From contig NC_006576.1 in assembly GCF_000010065.1 (NCBI RefSeq), positions 480,001-512,000 on the forward strand: a stretch of DNA of 32,000 nt, read 5' to 3'. This document shows, piece after piece, positions 1 to 6,627 of this stretch (position 1 is the stretch's first letter; the number at the start of each line of letters is the position of its first letter). Below the pieces are notes generated by a model. The model was given only the letters and a program-made list of their open reading frames with translations. It was not told where the DNA came from and searched no databases. Both the position numbers and the translations under genes were made by a program. The DNA comes from Synechococcus elongatus PCC 6301. Its GTDB lineage: Bacteria; Cyanobacteriota; Cyanobacteriia; Synechococcales; Synechococcaceae.

Positions 1-180
1 CATGATTGTTCGACCTTGATGGTTAAGACACAATCTTGAATCATGCCATGCGATCGCCTCTGGGGGCAAGTAATACAAGTTGAGGGCCGCTGGCAATAGC
101 CGGATGCAGGTCTGGGCGATCGCTGCCCCAAGCAAGCAATAGGCACAGTACCCTGTAGGCTAGTCAGGCTCTGGATATCC

Positions 181-2340
181 ATGACTTCCAATCCTTCCTC
201 TTCACCGTTCCCAGCCAGAATGGCGACCGAGTTACAGCTGGGAGTGGTGCTGAGCGATCGCTATCAGGTGGTGCGGGAACTCGGACAGGGGGGCTTTGGC
301 CGCACCTATCTGGCGAAGGATTTAAATCGCTTTAAAGAAGAGTGCGTGCTCAAGGAATTTGCGCCCCAAGTTGAAGGAGAAGAGAGTCTCCAGAAAGCTC
401 AAGACCTCTTTCACCGCGAAGCTGGGGTTCTCTACCAAATTGAGCATCCTCAGATTCCCCGCTTTCGGGAACTACTGCGGGTGACCCATGGGGGGCAAGG
501 TCGGCTGTTGCTGGTCCAAGACTATGTGGCTGGGCAGACCTATCAGCAAATTCTGGAGATGCGTCGCGCCCAAGGGCAAACCTTCAGCCCGGCCGAAGCG
601 CTGAGTCTGCTGCAAAATCTCTTGCCGGTGCTGAACTACCTCCATCAGGCGGGTGTGGTTCACCGCGATATTTCGCCAGACAACTTGATCTGTCGCGATC
701 GCGATGGACTGCCGGTGCTGATCGACTTTGGTGGCGTCAAGGCGGCAGCAGCGGAAGCAGTGTCGCAGTTTGCCCAGCGGCGTCAGCGACCATTGACCGC
801 TACTCGGCTCGGGAAAGCAGGTTATGCACCGGGCGAGCAAATGCAGCAGGGGATTGCCTATCCCCACGGTGATCTCTACGCTTTGGCTGTTACTCTGCTG
901 GTCTTGATGACGGGCGAAGACCCCCAAGACCTCCAAGATCCCCTGACCTTGGAATGGCTTTGGCGAGAGCATCTCAGCCTTGACCCAACCTTTGCAGCAG
1001 TACTCGATCGCATGCTGGCTTTGCGGCCGCGCGATCGCTTTGCCAGTGCTGCAGAGGTGCAAGCGGCCCTCACGGGTGTGGCTCTGACTCCAGAGCCGAT
1101 CCAACCAATTCACCCCCCCAGCCCTACCCCAAGCCAGCTCGATACTGTTGTCGTTGCTCCCCGTCAGGTGATTGCACCGCCGGCAGTCGAGCCAGCGCCC
1201 ACTCAGATCCTGACACCGCCCTCAGCATCCATCGAGCCCGGGAGCTCTGCTGCTGTTGAAGAAGCCGCAACTACCCAGCGCTTCATCTGGGCCGTGTTAG
1301 CGATCGTGTTTGCGGTGTTTGCAGCGGGAACCGGCTGGTGGGCAGCTCGCACTTGGCTGGGCTGGCAAACCGATAGCCAAACGCCCACAACACCCACCTT
1401 GCCCCTGCCGGATCCAACGCCGGACCCAACGAATTTCAGTCAGCAGCGGGCCGAGTTGGCGAATCAACTGCAAGCCATGCAAGTTGATCCGGCTTTCTTT
1501 GAGTTGTTAGTTAATGAAAGCTTTTTCCAAGCTGTCCCAGAGCGGCGGGGACAACCACCCAGCGATCGCCCTGAAGATCGAGAACTCCAGCAGCGCTGGC
1601 TGAGCTTGGCCAAAAACTGGATTGTGCGGCTGAATAGCCTGCCGGTGGCGGAGCGATCGCGTTTAGGGCGCTACAGCATTAGTGAACTGAGTGGTTGGCT
1701 GGGTATCGCCCAACAACAGTCTGTGAGTGAGGCCGCCTTCCGAGCAGTCGTTGATGCCCAGTACAGCTACCTCAGCGATGATTCAGCGGCACCCCTGCGG
1801 GGAAGCCCCCGAGAACAAGTTTGGCTGGCGATCGCGGCAGCTCAGGCAGCGATCCTGCAGGCCGGTGAAGGAGTGACTCTGCTGACCTGGAATGAAGACG
1901 GTACCGCGCAAGTTGGCGGCAATTTGGCACCGGGCCAAGGCCGCATTTTCCTCTTGCCGATGCAGGCCGGTGAAGTACTACAGCTCAACTTTTCAGGTGG
2001 CGCTGGCAGTGCCTACAGCGTCTTTGCACCCGCCAATGCCAGTGGTGAGGCGATCATTTCTGGGGACAATGCTCCCCAACTCCAGCGAACCCTGATGGCT
2101 GGTGGTGTCTATCAAATTGTGGTCACCTCAGCTGCAGGTGGCACAGTCAGTTTCAGTGTGAATGCTCAACGGGCGATCGCAGAGCCGGAGCCAGCGCCGC
2201 AACCGCAACCGAATCCGACTCCTGTCCCGCCCAGTGCTGGCACCCCGACCAAGCCAGAAGTTACACTTCCTGCCGAACCCTCGGCTCCTCTACCCGACCC
2301 AGAGGCCCCCGCTGTGCCTGAAGCCCCACAGCAACCCTAG
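181..2340 (+). CDS. Hanks-type Ser/Thr protein kinase, single-pass membrane protein with a large C-terminal extracytoplasmic region and Pro-rich tail
   Basis: 719-aa ORF. It has the G-loop LGQGGFGRTY, the VLKEF lysine, the catalytic loop HRDISPDN (nt 661-684) and DFG. One hydrophobic span (FIWAVLAIVFAVFAAGTGWWAA) is present, and the C-terminus is rich in PxP. Confidence 0.9.
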   Translation: MTSNPSSSPFPARMATELQLGVVLSDRYQVVRELGQGGFGRTYLAKDLNRFKEECVLKEFAPQVEGEESLQKAQDLFHREAGVLYQIEHPQIPRFRELLRVTHGGQGRLLLVQDYVAGQTYQQILEMRRAQGQTFSPAEALSLLQNLLPVLNYLHQAGVVHRDISPDNLICRDRDGLPVLIDFGGVKAAAAEAVSQFAQRRQRPLTATRLGKAGYAPGEQMQQGIAYPHGDLYALAVTLLVLMTGEDPQDLQDPLTLEWLWREHLSLDPTFAAVLDRMLALRPRDRFASAAEVQAALTGVALTPEPIQPIHPPSPTPSQLDTVVVAPRQVIAPPAVEPAPTQILTPPSASIEPGSSAAVEEAATTQRFIWAVLAIVFAVFAAGTGWWAARTWLGWQTDSQTPTTPTLPLPDPTPDPTNFSQQRAELANQLQAMQVDPAFFELLVNESFFQAVPERRGQPPSDRPEDRELQQRWLSLAKNWIVRLNSLPVAERSRLGRYSISELSGWLGIAQQQSVSEAAFRAVVDAQYSYLSDDSAAPLRGSPREQVWLAIAAAQAAILQAGEGVTLLTWNEDGTAQVGGNLAPGQGRIFLLPMQAGEVLQLNFSGGAGSAYSVFAPANASGEAIISGDNAPQLQRTLMAGGVYQIVVTSAAGGTVSFSVNAQRAIAEPEPAPQPQPNPTPVPPSAGTPTKPEVTLPAEPSAPLPDPEAPAVPEAPQQP

Positions 2341-2724
2341 GTTCAGCGGCTCAGTCCATCAGATACAGAACTCACAGCGTCGTCACCTCAACTACAGGAG
2401 TCGCTACGAATGCTCTGTGTAGCGCTTCAGGTTGCTTTGAACAACTGAATTTCTGCTGGTTGAGATTGGGCTACTGGGGCTGACTCGCCGCAAGGTCAAT
2501 GCCGATGACCTATTCCTGCTGCGATCGCGGCTTACCCCTGCTCCTTGCCTGGGACCTTATCGCGAACTGCTCATCCAACCAAGAGTGCTGCAGTCTGCAC
2601 GACCAATGGTGTCTGGCAAGCTTTGCTTGGCAGTGGAGGACCTAATCACCTGGGCTTCAAGGGCTGCGCGAGGAGGGCGAATCGGTCAACAAAAACTGTT
2701 CTTAGCTGCTTTCACCCCTAATGA

Positions 2725-2742
2725 TTTACATAAATTTACAAA
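2725..2742 (+). promoter_or_regulatory. HLR1 element, the RpaB-type response-regulator binding site of high-light genes
   Basis: TTTACATA-AA-TTTACAAA is a perfect match to the published HLR1 consensus (G/T)TTACA(T/A)(T/A)NN(G/T)TTACA(T/A)(T/A). It ends 47 nt upstream of the HLIP ATG. Two more GTTACA copies follow at 2756 and 2773. Confidence 0.75.
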
Positions 2743-2763
2743 ACTCAATAAATGCGTTACATT
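2735..2763 (+). promoter_or_regulatory. Putative core promoter of the HLIP gene
   Basis: TTTACA (-35, 5/6 match) is followed by a 17-nt spacer and TACATT (-10, TAnnnT). The -35 hexamer is the second HLR1 half-site. Confidence 0.4.
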
Positions 2764-2788
2764 GTGGATGTCGTTACAGGATTTCACC

Positions 2789-2944
2789 ATGGACGAACAA
2801 CAAGGCCTCGACCCAAACTACGGCTTCACCAGCGTGCGGGCTGAACGTTGGAATGGTCGTTTCGCCATGATGGGCTTACTCATCGGCCTGCTGACCGAAG
2901 TTCTGACTGGTCAGGGCATCCTGCATCAACTCGGATTGCTGTAA
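2789..2944 (+). CDS. High-light-inducible protein (HLIP, one-helix CAB/ELIP family)
   Basis: The 51-aa product MDEQQGLDPNYGFTSVRAERWNGRFAMMGLLIGLLTEVLTGQGILHQLGLL carries the E-x-x-N-G-R-x-A-M chlorophyll-binding helix signature. The ATG at 2789 is chosen because HLR1 and the promoter lie inside the longer track ORF (2585..). Confidence 0.85.
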   Translation: MDEQQGLDPNYGFTSVRAERWNGRFAMMGLLIGLLTEVLTGQGILHQLGLL

Positions 2945-2997
2945 GACTTGTCGCCGCCTCAACGGAGGCTCTCTCCTCCTCTAAACCTCTAGCCGCC

Positions 2998-3041
2998 AGC
3001 GATCGCTTCCTCATCTGTCAGTGGCGATCGCTATTTTGTTT
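2998..3041 (+). terminator. Intrinsic terminator of the HLIP gene
   Basis: AGCGATCGC (2998-3006) pairs with GCGATCGCT (3024-3032), giving a 9-bp stem with a 17-nt loop. ATTTTGTTT follows the stem, and both arms are HIP1 copies. Confidence 0.6.
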
Positions 3042-3211
3042 GAGGCGCTGAAATACTTGAGCCCTGCGATCTCTAGAGGGGCTGCCCCAAGACAGTTGAT
3101 AAGAGTTCTGCAATCACGTTTGAGCAAAAATCTGTGCCAAGTTGCCAAAGTGGCATAGACTAAACCGATGCTCTTGACCTAGCCGTTAGGCTAAAGGGCG
3201 AGTGAGGAGTG

Positions 3212-3311
3212 AACGCTCAGAACAACTCCAAGGTCGAAACACGGAAAGACCTTGGAGTTGTTCTTTGGGCCTGCGTCCTCGAGAGTTTTGAGCCGACCCC
3301 AGCAACATCCG
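3212..3311 (-). ncRNA. Candidate ~100-nt non-coding transcript, with ends inferred from promoter and hairpin only
   Basis: It lies downstream of the TTGACA-17-TATTAC promoter and ends at the 17-bp hairpin. There is no credible ORF. It is not matched to any RNA family I can recognise. Confidence 0.35.
3219..3264. terminator. Perfect 17-bp stem hairpin with features of a bidirectional intrinsic terminator
   Basis: The arms are AGAACAACTCCAAGGTC (3219-3235) and GACCTTGGAGTTGTTCT (3248-3264), with a 12-nt loop. A GC-richer 10-bp core is flanked by AGAACAA and TTGTTCT(TT), so a U-rich tail follows the core on either strand. Confidence 0.5.
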
Positions 3312-3317
3312 CCGCCA

Positions 3318-3346
3318 GTAATAGATACAGAGATCTAGACTGTCAA
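3318..3346 (-). promoter_or_regulatory. Orphan sigma70-type promoter
   Basis: The minus strand reads TTGACA (3346-3341), an exactly 17-nt spacer, then TATTAC (3323-3318). The A-rich AGCAAAAATC lies immediately upstream. Confidence 0.5.
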
Positions 3347-3509
3347 GATTTTTGCTGGTAGCAAGCATAGACAGACGCTTTGGCCATAAGTCGAATTCAA
3401 GATGACTAAACAGCCCTCACCCATGAATCGTCATCTGTTTTTCATCTAGCCAAGCAGAATCCTCGAGACAATAGACTGACTGGTTTCTGTTCCTTGGGTA
3501 GCCTCACGA

Positions 3510-4187
3510 GTGCCTATGCTCCTTTCAGCGATCGCGCCAGCTTCAATCAGTGTCTGGAATCTGCAAGCAGTGCTTCAGGGGGTATTGGAAAGCATTGGTA
3601 ATCTTGGGCCGTGGGCTGCGATCGCTTTCATTGGTTTCTATGCCATTGCGACGATCGCTTTTGTTCCTGGCGCAATTCTGACCCTAGGCGGCGGAGTTCT
3701 ATTTGGTTTGGTTTGGGGCTCGCTCTATGTTTTTGTTGGGGCCACGCTTGGAGCGATCGCTGCTTTTTTGATCGGGCGATATCTAGCGCGGAGTTGGATC
3801 TCTCGTCAACTAGCGAGTTATCCAAACTTTGCAGCGATTGATCGTGCAGTGGGAAAAGCAGGCTTAAAAATTGTCTTTCTGACTCGGCTTTCACCGCTGT
3901 TCCCTTTTAATTTTTTGAATTATGCCTACGGTGTGACCAGCGTAACGCTCAGAGATTACGCCTTAGCGTCGATAGGGATGGTTCCTGGCACCATTTTGTA
4001 CGTCTATCTAGGTTCGTTGGCTGGCAATATTGCCACACTGAGTTTGAGCGATCGCCCTCAACAGACAGTCTTAGGATGGGTCATTAATTTGATTGGTTTA
4101 GGCGCAACTATTGTTGTGACAATCTATGTCACGCGACTAGCTCGCCACTCATTACAAACGGTTGTGAACCCCCAGGGAGATCAATAG
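3510..4187 (+). CDS. TVP38/TMEM64 (DedA superfamily, SNARE-associated domain) membrane protein
   Basis: The 225-aa polytopic ORF has the family-typical LTRLSPLFPFNFLNYAYGVT segment. The start is GTG 3510 or ATG 3516. Confidence 0.85.
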   Translation: MPMLLSAIAPASISVWNLQAVLQGVLESIGNLGPWAAIAFIGFYAIATIAFVPGAILTLGGGVLFGLVWGSLYVFVGATLGAIAAFLIGRYLARSWISRQLASYPNFAAIDRAVGKAGLKIVFLTRLSPLFPFNFLNYAYGVTSVTLRDYALASIGMVPGTILYVYLGSLAGNIATLSLSDRPQQTVLGWVINLIGLGATIVVTIYVTRLARHSLQTVVNPQGDQ

Positions 4188-4189
4188 TC

Positions 4190-5740
4190 TTGTCATCACA
4201 GTCTTTCATAGCGTTCGTGAGTCCTGCCGATTCTCACAACCAATTACTGATCGATCGCGTCCATCCCCAGGATTGGATAAACCCCGAGCCTGCTGATTGC
4301 TATGACCTCGTGGTGATTGGGGCAGGAACAACCGGGCTCGTGGTCGCTGCTGGAGCGACAGGACTAGGCTTAGGGCTAAAAGTTGCCTTAATTGAAAAGC
4401 AACTCATGGGTGGTGATTGCCTCAATTTTGGTTGTGTTCCTTCTAAGGCATTAATTCGTTCTTCGCGAGTGATTGGGGAGCTCCAACGTGCAAACACACT
4501 GGGTATTCAAGTCGCTCCAGAGGCAATCGCCGTCGATTTTGCCGCGGTTATGGAGCGTCTTCGGAAAGTGAGAGCAGGCATGAGTGTGCATGACTCAGCT
4601 CAACGGTTCCAAGCGCTAGGGGTTGATGTCTTTTTGGGCCAAGCTTGCTTTTGCGATCGCAACACAATTCAAGTGGGTGAGGCAACACTCAAGTTTCGAA
4701 AAGCTGTGATTGCAACTGGAGCGCGAGCTACTTACCCAAATATTGAAGGCTTGGAGGCTTCTGGCTTTTTAACCAATGAGACTGTTTTCTCTCTGTCTAA
4801 TTGTCCCCGTCGCTTAGCTGTCATTGGCGGAGGGCCGATCGGTTGCGAGTTAGCTCAGGCGTTCCAACGTCTAGGCAGTCAAGTCACGCTTTTTCAAAGG
4901 CGATCGCAACTGTTACCTAAAGAGGATTTCGAGGCCGCTGAAGTCATTCAAAACCAGTTGAGAGCAGATGGCGTACAAGTTTGTCTCTCAGCCGAAATCA
5001 CACGGATCGAAAGAACAGCGAGTGGTAAATTAATCACCTTTCGGCAAGAAGGTCGAGAATCTGTTCTTGAAGTTGATGAGATTTTAGTTGGAACCGGGCG
5101 ATCGCCAAATGTTCAAGATCTCAACCTAGAAGCAGTTGGCGTTGATTATGACTCAGTTCATGGAGTTAAAGTCAATGACTATCTACAAACAACCAATCCT
5201 AAAATTTATGCGGCTGGTGATGTCTGTTCACCCTGGAAGTTCACCCATGCAGCGGATGCGGCAGCTCGGATTGTCATTAAAAATGCGCTCTTTTCACCCT
5301 TTGGGCTTGGCAAATCAAAAGTCAGCGATTTGATAATTCCCCGCGTTACTTTTACTGATCCAGAAGTCGCCCATGTTGGTCTCTCAGAAACTGCAGCGCG
5401 ACATCAAGGAATTGCGATCGCAACAATTACCATTCCTCTCGATCAAGTCGATCGCACTGTTTTAGATGGAGAGACAGCGGGGTTTATTAGAATTCATCAT
5501 CAGCCAAACTCAGATAAAATTCTGGGCGCAACGATTGTGGCTCCTCACGCAGGTGAAATGATTTCAGAGGTCACTACCGCGATCGCAAATCAGTTAGGGA
5601 TGAGTGCTCTCAGTAGTGTCATTCATCCCTATCCAACCCAAGCGGAAGGAATTAAAAAGGCAGCTGATAATTACCGGCGTACTTTACTAACACCAATGAC
5701 AAAACAGCTACTGAAATTACTAATGATATTTTCAAAATAA
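4190..5740 (+). CDS. FAD-dependent pyridine nucleotide-disulfide oxidoreductase of the class I flavoprotein disulfide reductases, often annotated MerA-like
   Basis: It has the Rossmann motif DLVVIGAGTTG, the redox-active GGDCLNFGCVPSK (CxxxxC), a second GGGPIGCE dinucleotide fold and a C-terminal HPYPTQAEG His-Glu dyad. It has no HMA domain and no C-terminal Cys-Cys pair. The TTG start lies 2 nt after the upstream stop. Confidence 0.9.
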   Translation: MSSQSFIAFVSPADSHNQLLIDRVHPQDWINPEPADCYDLVVIGAGTTGLVVAAGATGLGLGLKVALIEKQLMGGDCLNFGCVPSKALIRSSRVIGELQRANTLGIQVAPEAIAVDFAAVMERLRKVRAGMSVHDSAQRFQALGVDVFLGQACFCDRNTIQVGEATLKFRKAVIATGARATYPNIEGLEASGFLTNETVFSLSNCPRRLAVIGGGPIGCELAQAFQRLGSQVTLFQRRSQLLPKEDFEAAEVIQNQLRADGVQVCLSAEITRIERTASGKLITFRQEGRESVLEVDEILVGTGRSPNVQDLNLEAVGVDYDSVHGVKVNDYLQTTNPKIYAAGDVCSPWKFTHAADAAARIVIKNALFSPFGLGKSKVSDLIIPRVTFTDPEVAHVGLSETAARHQGIAIATITIPLDQVDRTVLDGETAGFIRIHHQPNSDKILGATIVAPHAGEMISEVTTAIANQLGMSALSSVIHPYPTQAEGIKKAADNYRRTLLTPMTKQLLKLLMIFSK

Positions 5741-5760
5741 GAGTTTGGTAGAGAGATTGA

Positions 5761-6423
5761 TTAACTTAACTGTGCCGACTTATAGTCAGCAATAAACTTC
5801 TGAATAAGCTTTCCTGAGGCTCCCATCATTGCTGCATTAACACCTCCACCTGCAACTGCACCAACAATAGGAACTAATTTAACCATATTAGTCATAGTTT
5901 TTTGACCGGCTTTTGAAATTAATCTGACACCAAGAATTCTATTGATTTGGGCTAGTGTTTTGCCTGGGATAGACATGAGTGTTCTGCGAACGGCATTTTG
6001 AGCAACTTTAACGCCAATAATGTCTATTAAATCTGTTACGGCAATGCCTGCAGCTGCGGCCAGTAGCAACGGTCGAACCTCTTCATCTCTCACATCAATT
6101 CCATGGATAGTAAACAAAGCTGCAGCAAGTTTGATTTGAGAATAAAGAAAGAGCGAAAGATCAGCAGCCAGGCCAGGAACGATTGTGGCAGCTCCGCCCA
6201 CACTAGTAACAGCTCCTTGCCCTGCTGACCAGATCATTGCTTCTCGAATGGCATGATCACACATGCGGTCACAGTCACCGTTCCAGCGATCATCATTGAC
6301 AAAACTTTTACCCCAATCAACCCCATCAGCCTGGGCTTTTCCAATAGCATCTCTAATAATTGGTAATTCAAGCAACTTGATCTCAGAAGAGTTAATTGCT
6401 GAAGATTCAAAAGAAGAAGTCAT
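5761..6423 (-). CDS. Hypothetical protein, EcsC-like by recollection
   Basis: The 220-aa ORF has Gly/Ala-rich hydrophobic segments (SAGQGAVTSVGGAATIVPGLAADLSLFLYSQIKLAAALF...) that resemble EcsC-family proteins. It is AT-rich and free of HIP1. The family call rests on memory only. Confidence 0.65.
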   Translation of the reverse strand: MTSSFESSAINSSEIKLLELPIIRDAIGKAQADGVDWGKSFVNDDRWNGDCDRMCDHAIREAMIWSAGQGAVTSVGGAATIVPGLAADLSLFLYSQIKLAAALFTIHGIDVRDEEVRPLLLAAAAGIAVTDLIDIIGVKVAQNAVRRTLMSIPGKTLAQINRILGVRLISKAGQKTMTNMVKLVPIVGAVAGGGVNAAMMGASGKLIQKFIADYKSAQLS

Positions 6424-6557
6424 AGTTTGTAAAATTGACTGACTATAAACACTTTACAAATTTCTTATCTTTCGTCAAGACTACAAAACCATACCGTATA
6501 GGTCATGGAGAAAAGCGCTGAGCCTACAGTTGCCCATACTTCAGGATTGCCGGTCAT

Positions 6558-6586
6558 AAAAAAACAGCCTTGCGATCGCAAGGCTG
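6558..6586 (-). terminator. Intrinsic terminator of pgk
   Basis: The minus strand reads CAGCCTTGCGATCGCAAGGCTG, a 22-nt perfect palindrome centred on HIP1, followed by TTTTTTT. It starts 42 nt past the pgk stop. Confidence 0.8.
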
Positions 6587-6627
6587 CTCAGTCAAAGGAA
6601 CAAACTTAAATCAGGTAGCAGTAGAGC

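Noticed and set aside
472-1113. 213-aa ORF antisense to kinase 1. Similar long antisense ORFs occur at 11411-11995, 13233-13673, 15650-16096, 15975-16478, 17122-17748, 21787-22203, 22324-22743, 26205-26954, 26967-27380 and 28371-28841.
   Set aside because: Each lies fully inside a gene with strong family motifs on the opposite strand. The translations are Arg/Pro/Ser/Gly-rich low-complexity strings typical of shadow ORFs in GC-rich DNA, and none has a recognisable motif or ribosome-binding site.
2585-2788. N-terminal 68-aa extension of the HLIP ORF in the track (119 aa in total).
   Set aside because: HLIPs are about 50-70 aa. The HLR1 operator and a matching -35/-10 lie inside the extension, so translation almost certainly starts at ATG 2789.
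3186-3368. 60-aa minus-strand ORF in the HLIP/TVP38 gap.
   Set aside because: Its start lies upstream of the only good promoter, and it reads straight through the perfect 17-bp hairpin. The translated string shows no recognisable motif and no hydrophobic segment. The region is better explained as non-coding RNA. An internal leaderless 40-aa version cannot be excluded.
4190-5740. Calling this gene mercuric reductase (merA).
   Set aside because: It has no N-terminal HMA domain and no C-terminal vicinal Cys pair. It retains the His-Glu dyad that MerA replaces, and there are no mer operon neighbours.
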